Positions 1 through 12,775 of a stretch of 64,000 nucleotides of DNA are shown here, piece by piece. The translations under genes were made by a program, and so were the position numbers. The stretch covers positions 100,504,001 through 100,568,000 of the forward strand of contig NC_058373.1 of NCBI RefSeq assembly GCF_018350175.1, written 5' to 3'. The notes under the pieces are model-generated. The model was not told the origin of the DNA. It worked only from the letters and a program-made list of their open reading frames with translations, and ran no database searches. The DNA is from Felis catus. Taxonomy: Eukaryota. Every line of letters starts with the position of its first letter. Positions within the stretch are counted from its first letter, which is position 1.

Positions 1-84
1 ACATAGTAACAGCACAAATTAGATGCTGATTAAAGACCATTTGTCTAATGTGAAGAAGGGATGATATAGCAGAAAAGACAATGA

Positions 85-280
85 ATGGACTTGGCATTAG
101 AATTCCCCAAGTTCACATTCTGGCCTCTGTCACTAACTGAATAATACCTACCAAGTCACAAGGTTTCAGAGTCACTGTTTCCTGAGCTGTAGAAATCAGA
201 TTAACACTTCCTACCTCACAAGGATGTTGGCAAGAACAGACAACATTTGTAAATACTGCTTAGCACAGTTCTGACATAAA
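85..280. mobile_element. MIR-like ancient SINE fragment
   Basis: Degenerate 'ctggcctctgtcactaactg...tttcctgagctgtagaaat...cctacctcacaaggatgttg' core. Confidence 0.5.
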
Positions 281-1470
281 CTTTATTTAAAAAAACTTTA
301 CTTAAAAAAATCACAGGAAAAACTATAAAATGAATAATAAAAAATAACTTAATAAAATGACATTGGAGCCCTCCTTTATGATATAACAAAACTTTAAGAT
401 TATACCAAGGACAGGGTATACACTGATAACTCAGAGTTCCCCTACAAACTCAAGTTCACTTTCAAGTTACAAGATAATGAGTAAAATGAATATATATTAA
501 TGAAATACTAAATGGTTAGCTGGGTGTTTTTACATATATTTTACTTAATCCTAACCATCTTAGGAGGTAAAATTTTGTCATCTGCATTACATAGCTAAGT
601 CCTGGGAGTGACTTGGCCAAGATTGTGCCGTCTGTATTTGAATCTAATACTAGATTTTCAGTGAAATTCATTTCTTAAAGATAGCATTTTTGATTCTTTA
701 ACACATAGGGAATTGTTAAAATTTTAGTATTTAATCAATGCTATATTTTCTTGGTACTAGCTAAAGATACTTGAAAAGACTTCGCACAATTACACAAAGC
801 AAACTTTCTGAGAATGAAGGTTATTTAAAATAGTTTCTTTTAAATTTAGTTCTATCTAGCCTTGTCCCCAAAAAGATTTAAGAAGCGTTTTTCTCATCTA
901 AAAATCTTACTTGGTAGTATACAATTTACCCAGATGCAAGATCACTGGAGTGATTAAAAACATTAAACACTAAACATTAAAAAATTATTAACAGTATAAA
1001 CATAAAAGAGAATGAAAAACCCCAGATTTAAAATTCGACCAGGCTAAAATAAATTCTTCCACTTTTTCATGTTTAATACATTTCAAATAGGGTCTACCAA
1101 ACACATTTCAATATGGTACATGTTTTAAAGAAAAAAAAAATTAAAATGGAATTTTCAAAATTTGTGATTGCTGGGTTATTGGTATTACAATTGGTTGTGG
1201 TTAGACAGTCCAGAAGATTCCTATTCCTTGTACTATTTGTCCAGAGATAATAGTTTTACATTATGCTCTTATAACATAGATCACCTCTGAGGTATTTCTG
1301 AGCCCTAAATTAACCAAAACACCAATGTCTTAAAGATATGAACCTATGAAAATATAATCAGATAAATCAACTCATTTCTCATTAGTTCAGTTGTACCTTG
1401 CAATATTTCATACAGAGTCTTTTATGAATAATTTAATGTTGAGGGAAAAATGTCTATAACTGCAACTCAC

Positions 1471-1620
1471 CACTGGATCTGTTGGATGAAAAATATTCAG
1501 TAACCGATTACAAATCTCTCTGGGCAAAATATGGTCTTGACTTCCAGTGTTTCCTGGGCGGATGCCACGCAATGCCAAGAAAACCGCTAATGGGGATCCC
1601 ATGCAGAAGAAATTCTCAAC
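1471..1620 (-). CDS. DDHD1: DDHD1 exon 9 (150 nt), N-terminal part of DDHD domain
   Basis: tttag|GTTGAG...CCAGTG|gtgagt; encodes VENFFCMGSPLAVFLALRGIRPGNTGSQDHILPREICNRLLNIFHPTDPV; phase 0-0. Confidence 0.97.
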
Positions 1621-2114
1621 CTAAAATGATAAAGTCATCCCAAATTTTAAAACTGGTGGTAGTTTTTCTCAGCAGAATTTGGGCACAACATAACACATGG
1701 CAAAATATGAACAATAAAATTATCTTCAAATATGTCTTTTTTCACAAGCTTTGTTCAGATGGTATCTGCCATAATTATATGCCAACCATTAATTGGTCTA
1801 AAAAAATCCATTTTTAGAAGCAACTTCATTATCTTTAAATCTAACAGAAAACAAAAAATGAGAAGAAGAAAAGGAGAAGGAAGACCATTTCATTGTGTGT
1901 TTTCACACACTAGTCCAAGTTTTATCAAGCTACTATTTTGTGTGAAGTAATATTCTAATGCTATCAACGTTTTAATAAAGACCAATAAGGCAGAGGAATC
2001 CTGTGGGGGAGGCATAATAAAATAAATGAATAGGGGGAAAGCCTGCTGTAAGAGTGGGATAATTAATTCCACCTCAGAGTTTTTACACAGGAGGAAGCAT
2101 TTTTTTCTACATTG

Positions 2115-2790
2115 TTAAGTTTTTTTTTTAATTCCAGTATAATTAACATACATTGTTATATTAGTTTCACGTGTAAAATATAATGACTCAACAATTCTAT
2201 ACATTACTCAAAGCTCATCACAGTAAGTGTCCTCTTAATTCCCTTTACCTATTTCATCCATGTTCCACCCACCTCCCCTCTGGTAACCATCAGTTTGTTC
2301 TCTATGGTTAAGAGTCTGTTTTTTGGTTTGTCTTGTTTTTTTCTTTGTTCCTTTGTTTTGTTTCTTAAATTCTACATGAATGAAATCATATGGTACTTGT
2401 GTTCCTCTGGCTGACTTATTTCACTTAGCACTGTACCCACTGGATCTATCCATGTTGCTGCAAATAGCAAGATTTCATTCTTGTTTTTATGGCTGAGTAA
2501 TATTCCACATCTTCATCCGTTCATCTATCAATGGACACTTAAGTTTTTCCACAGTGGCTGCACCAGTTTTCATTTCCACCCACAGTGCACAAGTATTCCT
2601 TTTTCTCCACATCCTCTCCAATACTTGCTGTTTTTTGTGTTTTTGATTTCAGCCATTCTGACAGATGTGAGGTGATACCTCACTGTGGTTTTGATTTGCA
2701 TTTCCTTTATGCAAAGGATATGATATTGAGCATCTTTTCATGTGTCTGTTGGCCATCTGGATGTCTTCTTTGGAGAAAAGTCTGTTCGTC
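2115..2790 (-). mobile_element. L1 3' end fragment (older carnivore L1), internally deleted
   Basis: L1 3'UTR motifs; ORF 2649-2900 contains the ORF2-like [17 protein letters not shown]. Confidence 0.85.
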
Positions 2791-2839
2791 TTCTGATACA
2801 CAGGAGAAAACATTTGCATTGGCCATAAAAAACAAAAAG

Positions 2840-3990
2840 GATTTCTACACCTGGGGCTGGTCATTGGGGCCAGAAAGGAGGACATTTTAGGCTGATACAA
2901 TCACATGAACTAAAGCAGAGGCAGGAGAGAACCTGGCTCAATTTAGGAAGTATAAGTAGTCTGACATAGTTGAAAAATTGGGTGTCAGGAAAATGTAACT
3001 TGGAATGAGAATGCACAGAATCTTGACTACTTGGTTAAAACAGTAGGACTTAATCGATTTTATGAGTAGTGAAGGAGAACAGGATTTGACCCATGTTTTA
3101 GGAGGTTAGTAAACCTGGTAGTAGTATGTGGATGAACTGGAAAATTTAGAGTCTGGTGACTCAGAGACAAGTTAGGAAACTACTGAAAGTGTTTAGGCAA
3201 GAGATAATCTGAACCTGGGCAGGGCGAGATGTTCCATTCAGAAATAGAAATGGGAGAGGAGAAGGTGGAATCAATATGACTGAATGAAGATGAGGATGAG
3301 GAATGAGTCAGAGGCAAGTCACAAGGTTTGGGTCTGGCTGACTGGGAAGACAGTGGTTCCATCAACTGCAACAGGAAACTCTAGGTAAGTTCTGTTTTTG
3401 TTCACAATTAAGTTTGAAGTATCTGTGACGTATCTAATTTACAGGGGCTGAAATTCTAAGGCAAGAGATACAGAATTGGATATGTCATCTCCCAACTCTA
3501 TGTATCACCATTACAGAAGTAACACGTAAAACCAAGAGAAGTGGTAAGATGGCTTATGAAGTGCATAGATATGCATAGTGCATATCTCTCAAAATAAACA
3601 AACATTTAAGAGTAAAAAGGAGGAGTGCCTGGGTGGCTCAGTCAGTTGGGCATCTGACTTCGGCTCAAGTCATGATCTCATGGCTGGTGAGTTTGAGCCC
3701 CGCATTGGGCTCTGTGCTGAAAGCTCCGGAGCCTGGAGCCTGTTTTGGATTCTGTGTCTCTCTCTCTACTTCAAAAATAAACATTACAAAAAATTAAAAC
3801 AAAAAAGAAAAAAGGAGAAGGGCTTTAGCGAGAACTACATTTGATTAGCAGAGGAAGGAGGTAAGACTACAAAAGGGGAGGAAAGGAGAACCACGATAAT
3901 GCAGTATACATGAAAGGCACTCGAGAGGGCTTCTAGAAAACTGGTGTGGTCAGCAGCACTGGATTATATATAGAACATGACACTTTACCT
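2840..3990. mobile_element. L2-like degenerate fragment interrupted by a SINE
   Basis: Purine-rich L2-like motifs (gaggaatgagtcagaggcaagtcacaaggtttgggtctgg...). Confidence 0.45.
3623..3812 (+). mobile_element. Carnivore tRNA-derived SINE (SINEC)
   Basis: gcctgggtggctcagtcagtt head, CT tract, A-rich tail. Confidence 0.9.
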
Positions 3991-4386
3991 CTTAAGGTCG
4001 CCTAACTTCTCTCATATATCCCATTATCCTGATGGGTGAGACGTCCCAAATTCATCATTCCATCTCATCTCCAACATCTAAGAAGTTATTGCACTTCACC
4101 TCATGGTCTTTCATCTGGACTATAACTATATATACTTGTCTCTGCCTCCAGTTTTACGTCCCTTTAATCTCTTCCCCACACTACATCTGAAGCGACTCTT
4201 CTTTTTTCCCCCAAATAACGAATATATATTTTGAAAATGGTACCTCCATGTTAAAGAAGGTTTGAGAAAGTTTTTGTTTACTTTTAAAGGACTGGGTAAC
4301 TTCGACATGTCTGAAGGCTGAGGAAAATTAACTTGTGTTAAATTAAAACTATAAGAAAAAGCATTTGAAATGGTAGATAGTAACTG

Positions 4387-5559
4387 GGCTGTCTGGGTGG
4401 CTCAGTCAGTTGAGTGTCCAACTCTTGATTTTGGCTTAGGTCCTGAGCCCTGGGTTCGTGGGTCTGAGCCCTGCATTGGGCTCTGGCTCTACACTGACAC
4501 CATAGAGCCTGCTCGGGATTCTCTTTCTCTCTCTCTCTCTTTCTCTCTGCACCCACCCCCCCCCCCCCTTTTGCATGCTCTTTCTCAAATAAACATAAAA
4601 AAAAGAAAACAAAAAAACATCATAGACAGTGACACAGATGAAAACACCAACTTCTGAAAGGATTAAGATAATTAAAATAATAAAGGATAGGGAAAGATAC
4701 AAAATATAGTTGAGATAGAAGAAAATTTAAGTAAATACTTTTTTTTTATGTTTATCTTAGAGAGAGCGAGACAGCATGCATGCACATGTGCATGCATGAG
4801 TGGGGGAGGGGCAGAGAGAGAGGGAGACAGAGAATCCCAAGCAGGCTCCATGCTCTCAGCACAAAACCCAGCAAGGGGCCAGAATGCAACAAACCATGAG
4901 ATCATGACCCGAGCCAAACTCCTATGCTCAACCAATGGAGCCACCCAGGTGCCCCAATCCTTTCTTTTTTTTTTTTTTTTTTAAATACACTTTAAAGTTT
5001 ATTTTTGAGAGAGATGGAGAAAGAACACAAGTGAGCAGGGGAGAGGCAGAGACAGAGGAGCAAGACAATCCCAAGCAGGCTCTATGCTCACTACAGAGCT
5101 CAATGTGGGCTCAAACCCACGAACCTTGAGACCATGACCTGAGCTGAAATCAAGAGTTAGTCGCTTAACTTAATGAACCACCCAGGCACCCCTATGTAAA
5201 TCCTTTCTGCTTGATGTATACATACCTGTAAATACATGTACATCCTAGAAAAATGCTTTATGCTTTGGTCAGGCATTTCATAAATTTTTGTTAAATTGTT
5301 ATAAAACAACTTTTCTTTCTTTATGATTGGTATGCAGTTTGACAGACAAACACACAAAGGAATTCTTCTTTTTTTAAAATGTTTATTTATTTTGATAGAG
5401 AGAAAAATAGAGCACGAGTAGGGAGACACAGATTCTGAAGCAGGCTCCAGACTCGGAGCTGTCAGCACAGATCCCAATGTGGGGCTTGATGTCACAAACC
5501 CGAGATCATGACCTGAGCTGAAGTCAGATGCTTAATTGACTGAGCCACCCAGGCACCCC
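4387..5559. mobile_element. Cluster of four SINECs (+ ~4387-4620; - ~4740-4955, ~4990-5192, ~5368-5559)
   Basis: Four tRNA-like heads (tgggtggctc / gagccacccagg and close variants) with GA tracts and A/T tails. Confidence 0.9.
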
Positions 5560-6227
5560 ACAAAGGAATTATTCTAAGAGTAATGACTGATTTAGTGAAA
5601 TCTACACCCATCAAAGAATTTTCAAGGTGAAAAAGAGCTTTGGACATTTAATCTAACCTTTTCCAGAGATGAGTAAGCAGACGAATTCAGAGATATTAAA
5701 TAATTGGCCAATGTTACATAACCAGTTAGTGGCCAAGTTTCGTGATCACAACCAAATTTTCCCACTCTTCAGACCAATATTTGTCAATAGTTTTTCTTTG
5801 TTTTTAAAGTTTAGTGGTCACCTGTAACAGACTTAACACCTATACTCTGAAAGTAAACCCATCTTTTGGTTAACAGGCATAGAAAGACTTCTGTTTCTTC
5901 TAGATCCCTGGAGTTCTAAATATTAATTTGCCAGTCATCAGATAGTCCTTTTTAAATTTCAGATTTCTGTATTTTTCCTCTGAGTAATTAAATAACAATT
6001 AAAAATTCATATTATTAGACTACACGAGTATATACTACAAGAATACACAATTATAGTGTTTAAGTTCTAGTAATATGAATATTGAATTTTGAGATCCTAA
6101 TACTTGGTGGATCATACTCTACTCTCCAGTAAAAAAAATCCAGGACATGAAATACAAGAGTTTACTTTTTCTATCAGATCAATTCTGCATATTTAACATA
6201 TTGATCATATATAAAAATGGTGGTAAG

Positions 6228-6738
6228 GAGGCACCTGGGTGGCTCAGTGGGTTAAGCATCCAAGTCTTTTTTTTGGCTCAGGTCATGATCTCACAGTTCA
6301 CGAAATCAAGCCTTGCACTGGATTCTGTGCTGACGGTGTGGAGACCGCTTAGGATTCTCTCTCTTCCTCTCTCTCTGAGTCCCTCCCCCACCCTCAAAAT
6401 AAATAAATAAACTTAAAAAAAAATGGTGGTAGAGATGGAACTCAACTTCCAGGTGGGATCACTACAAAGATCATGCTCATATACTTTTTAAATACATAAA
6501 TTTACCTTATGGCTTTTAAATATATATTTTTTAATGTTTATTTCATTATTGAGAGACAGAGAGAGACAGAGCATGAGCATGGGAGGGGCAGAGAGAGGGG
6601 GAGACACAGAATCTGAAGCAGGCTCCAGACTCCAAGCCGTCAGCACAGAGCCCGACGCGGGGCCCAAACTCACAAACCACGAGATCATGCTCTGAGCCAA
6701 AGCTGGATGTTTAACCGACTGAGCCACCCAGGTATCCC
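6228..6738. mobile_element. Two SINECs tail-to-tail (+ ~6228-6422; - ~6525-6738)
   Basis: TSDs aaaaatggtggta and ccttatggc(t/c)tttaaatat flank the two copies. Confidence 0.9.
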
Positions 6739-7853
6739 AACCTTATGGCCTTTAAATATGGAAGTTGAAAAAAAAAAAATTGTAAGTCATAGAGATAGAT
6801 TCTTATAAAAAATTTTCTACATCATTCCATTACTTAAGCAGTATGTTAAGTTCTTGTGATAAAAGATATTTCAAGAAGAGATGACATAGTACACTATATA
6901 TGTGTATACATTCAAAAGGAAATGAGTATTAGGGAGCTTATGACATGCTCCATTTAACACTGCAAATGAGTTATTTGTTGTTCAGCTACAGGCTATGTCC
7001 TTTCCAACAGGCAGGTCAAGGTCGACATCTCTCTATCATTTTTTATTCTTCTAAACAACTACTTTACCACAGCTCCATTCTGATGCTCAAAAACCCTTCA
7101 CATGAAATATAAGTTCTTTATTTCTAGCTCTTCCTGTTATCCCACAGCCCCTTTGCCCCAAATCCTGTAAATTCTAGCTAAACTGTTTTGCCTACCCTGC
7201 TCCAAACCAACCACATACACCCCATCCTGTGCTTTTGTCATATACTTCTCACTGAATGAAAGCAAGCTTTCCATCCATCCCTAAAATCATCACTATATGC
7301 TTCCGCTTATTTTTCTTATCATCCATAACTAGCTGGTTACTAAGGCTTGTTATTTCTAAATACTAAATATTTCCCAAATCTATCTATATTTTTCTCTTTC
7401 CACTACTTGAGATTATTTCATGTTTCTTGGAGGTACTATGGGGTCATACCCCTTCACACCCCTGTTGTGCTGTTTCTCTTTTACACAGAATAGCATTTCT
7501 CTTTTCCTCCACTTGGCAATATCCACTTTACTGAGATTAAGTACAAATGTCATTCCTTTGTAAACCTTTCCAAGCAAAATTACAACCTCTCTCTCATGTA
7601 TATATCATTCTATAAGCTACTAATCGTACCGATAACGCTGTGTTACAGATCCTGAGGGCTGGGGAGCCATCTTGTCCACCCTTTTCCTTGTAAAACCCCA
7701 AAACTAGCAATGTCCAACACACAGTATGTGTTCAGTTTATATTCATTTGAAAGAAAAATTCAGATTTCACTTGAATCCTACTGTCACACTTCAAATGATG
7801 TTTGAAAAGAAATTGAGATAAATGATGGAAATCTTATCTCTCTCTTTCCTTAC

Positions 7854-7929
7854 CTTAAATTTTAAGGCAGGTGTTTGTGTCATGGATGACGCCTTCAATC
7901 CATGTAGCCGTTCTTCTATTTCTCTCAGT
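7854..7929 (-). CDS. DDHD1: DDHD1 exon 8 (76 nt)
   Basis: cctag|ACTGAGA...TTTAAG|gtaagg; encodes (R)LREIEERLHGLKASSMTQTPALKFK; phase 2-0. Too short for the ORF track. Confidence 0.95.
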
Positions 7930-8635
7930 CTAGGAAGCAGTAGGAGATAATGTACTAATATTTATATTCACAATTTTATAAATATTAGATGCTCACTAGT
8001 TCACTAAAGTATAAAGAAGAAAATGATGAGCCATTATCCAATCCCTCAAATTAATCCCTGTTGACAGTATTTGATACATGCACCTGCTACAGTCTATAAA
8101 ACATTTATAAAATGATTAGTAAAAGTAGCCCTACTCTTCGTAATAGCTGTTGTTAACAGCTTTTTGGGAGGATCCTTTAGGGAAATGTGAGGCAAATACA
8201 AACATTTATATGACCTTAAAAAAAAAAATCACACTAAATGTTTGCACCATATACACAGTTCTATGCTTCTTTTTTCTACACTTAATAGTGAATCTTGGAG
8301 GTCTTTTCATTTCATTGCCTCCTGATCTACTTCAATCTTTGTAACAGCTGTATAATTGTCCTTCATACAGATCAACCACAGTTTATTAATCCTTCTCTGC
8401 TGATGAACATTTGGGTTACTTCAAATTTTTCCCATTATTATGTTTTGTATCTACTTACATTTAATAAATAATGGAACTAAGGTTCTGTTTTTTTTTTTTT
8501 TAAAGGTGCAGCTCATTTTCTAAACCTGTTTATTATTTTCTTTTTACTGGATTTTATATCTAAAAGGCTGCTCTGAAGTGGTGCTGGGAAAACAGGGCAG
8601 CGACATGCAAAAAAATGAATATGGACCCCTTTCTT

Positions 8636-8807
8636 TTTTTCTTTTTTTTTTTTAATTTTTTTTTCAACGTTTTTATTTATTTTTGGGACAGAGAGAGACA
8701 GAGCATGAATGGGGGAGGGGCAGAGAGAGAGGGAGACACAGAATCGGAAACAGGCTCCAGGCTCCGAGCCATCAGCCCAGAGCCCGACGCGGGGCTCGAA
8801 CTCACGG
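8636..8807 (-). mobile_element. Young 5'-truncated felid SINEC
   Basis: Perfect TSD tggacccctttctt at 8622-8635 and 8808-8821. Confidence 0.93.
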
Positions 8808-8852
8808 TGGACCCCTTTCTTATACCATACACGAAAATAAACTCAAAATGGA

Positions 8853-9100
8853 GGGGCGCCTGGGTGGCGCAGTCGGTTAAGCGTCCGACTTCAGCCAGGT
8901 CACGATCTTGCGGTCCATGAGTTCGAGCCCCGTCAGGCTCTGGGCTGATGGCTCGGAGCCTGGAGCCTGTTTCCGATTCTGTGTCTCCCTCTCTCTCTGC
9001 CCCTCCCCCGTTCATGCTCTGTCTCTCTCTGTCCCAAAAATAAATAAACGTTGAAAAAAAAAATTTAAAAATAAAGTATTAAAAAAAAAACACAAAAAAC
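8853..9100 (+). mobile_element. Young full-length felid SINEC
   Basis: ggggcgcctgggtggcgcagtcggttaagcg head with CpGs intact; TSD ctcaaaatgga. Confidence 0.93.
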
Positions 9101-9890
9101 CTCAAAATGGATAAAAGACCTAAATGTAAGAGGAAGCCATCAAAATCCTCGAGGACAAAGCAGGCAAAAACCTCTTTGATCTTGGCTGCAGCATCTTCTT
9201 ACTAAACATGTCTCCAGAGGCAAGGGAAACAAAAGCAAAAATGAACTACTGGGACCTCATCAAAATAAAAAGCTTCTGCACAGTGAAGGAAACAATCAGC
9301 AAAACTAAAAGGCAACCGACAAAATGGGAGAATGGGTTAGTATCCAAAATCTATAAAGAACTTATTAAACTCAACTTCCAAAAAACAAATAATCTAGTGA
9401 AGAAATGGGCAAAAGATGTGAATAGACACTTCTCCAAAGAAGACATCCAGATGGCCAACCAACACATGAAAAAATGCTCCACATCACTCATCATCAGGGA
9501 AATACAAATCAAAACCACAACGAGATACCACCTTACACCTGTCAGAATGGCTAACATCAACAACTCAGACAACAACAGATGTTGGCGAGGATGGGGAGAA
9601 AGAGGATCTCTTTTGCATTGTTGGTGGGAATGCAAGCTGGTGCAGCCACTCTGGAAAACAGTATGGAGGGTCCTCAAAAAACGAAAAATAGAACTACCCT
9701 ATGACCCAGCAGCTGCACTACTAGGTATTTATCCAAGGGATATAGGTGTGCTGTTTCAAAGGGACATACGCACACCAATGTTTATAGCAGCATGATCAAC
9801 AATAACCAAAGTATGGAAAGAGCTCAAATGTCCATCCATGGATGAATAGATAAAGAAGATGTGGTATGTATCTATGTATGTATATATATA

Positions 9891-9922
<32 letters not shown>

Positions 9923-11116
9923 CATATACACATACATACATATATATATATATGCAATGGAGTATTACTCGACAATCAAAAAGAATGAAATCTTGACATT
10001 TACAACTACATGGATGAACTAGAGGGTATTATGCTAAGCGAAATTAGTCAGAGAAAGACAAATATATGACTTCACTCATATGAGGACTCTAAGACACAGA
10101 ACAGATGAACACAAGGGAAGGGAAGGGAAGCAAAAATAATATAAAAACAGGAAGGGGGGCAAAACACAAGAGACTCTTAAATATGGAGAACAGAGGGTTA
10201 CTAGAGGGGTTGTGGGAGGGGGGATGGGCTAAATGGGTAAGGGGCATTAAGGAATCTGCTCCTGAAATCATTGTTGCACTATATGTTAACTAACTTGGAG
10301 GTAAATTAAAAAGCAAAACAAAACAAAAAATGGCTGCTCTGAAGCATGCTTATATCTTCTTTCAAAACTATCAATTATTTTGACATTACAAAATATATGT
10401 ATCTAGCCGATGGTACTTAATAATATTTTAAATAAAACCCTTAGACAACTACTTATGAGACTAAAACAAATCCAAGGCTTCCTGAGTAAAATTTTTGGTC
10501 AACTACATTGGTTGTTTTCATATGATGTTAACTATCAAAATGAGTGACTTTTTACTGTTCTATTAGAATCGATGAGATGCATTAAGAGGACAAGGAAGAT
10601 AAAGGATGTAACTATAGATGAAGACAGGAATGTAATTAAGAATTATAAGGTAGTATCAGGAAGGCCACAAGTGATCAAATAATTATAAATCTGCCAAAAA
10701 TTCATTTGCCAAGGAGAAAAGGGATTTAAAATTATTTTCAGAATAATAAGAAAGGCAAAGGCCCATCTCTAAGATTAGTAAAAATTACAAAGGATTACAA
10801 ACTGGTAAACATTTTCAATAAGGATTCTGCACAGTGACTCAGCTTGGAATAAGTTTTAGATTTCACTCCTAACAAATTCTGAAGAAGAGATGGAAGGAAA
10901 AAGATGATGACAAAGCAATTTATTTTATGCTATTGGAACATGCATGGAATTAGCATGAAAATTAACAAAATTGTCTCTCGTCTCGCCGATTAGGCATGTT
11001 ACCTAATAGTCTCCGTACTCCAAATATTATCATGAAAATCTTACAGGTTTCTCCTAAGAAGTCCAGTAATTCCATGAAGACTTTTAAAATTCTTTTAAGA
11101 GACTAAGGTATTTTAC

Positions 11117-11379
11117 CGTCGCTTTGTTATATAGAGTTCATCCAGTAGATGTCGTTCTTCATAGCTCATCCATCGTTCATCAGGCAACTCTTCTTCCTTC
11201 TGTAGCAACTGTTCATAGAGTCGAACTGGATTCCAGCCAGTCATTATGTCATAAGTGATTACACATCCCAAGGAATGTGACACTATTGAGACTTTACCCC
11301 CTTTTTCTTCAAAGTCTGGATTCCGAGAACAGAAAAGGGAATATAATCGGTTCAGCTCTTGCTGAAGGCCTTTAACTAG
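11117..11379 (-). CDS. DDHD1: DDHD1 exon 7 (263 nt), lipase motif SHSLG
   Basis: aacag|CTAGTT...CGACG|gtaaaa; encodes LVKGLQQELNRLYSLF...VSHSLGCV...YITKR(R). The nucleophile Ser codon TCC is at 11274-11272. Confidence 0.97.
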
Positions 11380-12659
11380 CTGTTTGAAATAAGAAAACAT
11401 TATCATATTAATCACTGACTTTGCTATAAACTTTATCTCCAAACTCAAATACATTAAGAAAGAAACACAGACATTACTGGCCAAATATACCTAGGTTATT
11501 AAAATGAACTCAGGTATTTCAAAACCTTGCGGAAAATGAAGAAAAGTAAACATAATGCGTAATCTGTATCATCACTAAAAAATACAGGCAGATATCACCC
11601 ATCTAGCTCCTTTCACAGTCCTTATACTAACTATATGAGCCAGCAGTTCCAAAGATTAAAAAAAAAAAAATTCCGTGCAGATTCCAGTAAGATTTCCAAA
11701 GAGCCCCTTCAATTTTTTTCTGCATTGCAACTTACTCGTATGCAATTCTAAATTTTTACACCTCATAGTTTAAGCTATAGTAAATGTTAGAAAAAGAATA
11801 TCTGAGTTTATGATAACAAGTGTGCTAATGTACTATATATATTACATTATGTGTTTAGACAAGAGTAATGTAATCAAAGGCCATTGTATGATTGAAAAAA
11901 AAACTAATGTTGATCCACTTGAAATTCCAAAATTCCCATTGAGCTGGCAATATAGATACGAGTAAAAAGTTTTTTTATGTGGATGGAAAGCGGGTTTTTT
12001 TTTAAGGCTTAAGGTTATCAATGTGGGAAGTATCTTAAGTCATTTTTTCTTTGTAAAACTACTTTGAAATTTAGCTCTAACAAATATTAACTGAAATATT
12101 CCATAAAGTCAGAAAAATGTTACTCAAACCCATACTGGGCCCTCGACAGTTGTAAGGTAGTCCTCTCCTCTTCCTATCGTTGCTTGCTACTTTTTGATTA
12201 TAAATTTCCTGCTTGATATTAACTTAATTTCTCATTTCAGTACTTACTATGCCAGCTGGTACTCTGACATACAAATATTCATTATGTGTTGCTTCCATTT
12301 TCAGTTTTATTATTTTGTCTCAAGAGGCCACTACCCTCTATTAGATTTTACTGAACATGTTTTACCTGCTGATATTAACCTCTAAGTCATTTGAGCATTC
12401 ATGCATGGCAGGGTCAGCAGTGACATGAATGAAGGCATGATGTTCTCTCTTGATTGTTGGCACTGCAGAATTCTACAATGCAATACCAAGGTCTGCTTAA
12501 AGCTACTGAAAGCATGTGTTGGGTGTGATGAAATATATCTAGCCAATGAAGGAAAAGAAGGAGAGGAGGAGTTGCCACTATGTGCTGTCTTTTCTCTAGG
12601 GACAAATGCAAAGGCTTTACTTTAACTGGTTGTTTTAATTTCTGTCTTGGGAAAAGCCA

Positions 12660-12775
12660 GCTCCAGCAAAGTGCACCAGCATCATGTGGAGGGCTTGTTA
12701 AATACAGATTGCTAGGCTCCATTCTCAAGTATCTGAGCAGTTCTGGGCACCACATTTTAAGAACTACTGCCTTAG
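12660..12775. mobile_element. MER5-like hAT DNA transposon remnant
   Basis: catcatgtggagggcttgttaaatacagattgctaggctcc...cacattttaagaactactg pattern. Confidence 0.5.

Larger units (their letters stand above)
8579..10330 (+). mobile_element. 5'-truncated L1 (ORF2 C-terminus + 3'UTR) with two nested SINECs
   Basis: TSD ggctgctctgaag at 8566-8578 and 10332-10344. ORF 9208-9795 is L1 ORF2 with the Cys-rich region; internal (TA)n-rich tract at ~9870-9955. Confidence 0.93.

Noticed and set aside
3578..9015. Many 60-110 aa ORFs with AQVMIS/SLEPASDSVSPSLS motifs
   Set aside because: Chance translations of SINEC sequence.
9208..9795. 195-aa ORF
   Set aside because: C-terminal fragment of L1 ORF2 inside a 5'-truncated, TSD-flanked insertion; not a host gene.
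11266..11280. Lipase motif reads SHSLG rather than GxSxG
   Set aside because: Normal for DDHD1, not a defect of this allele.
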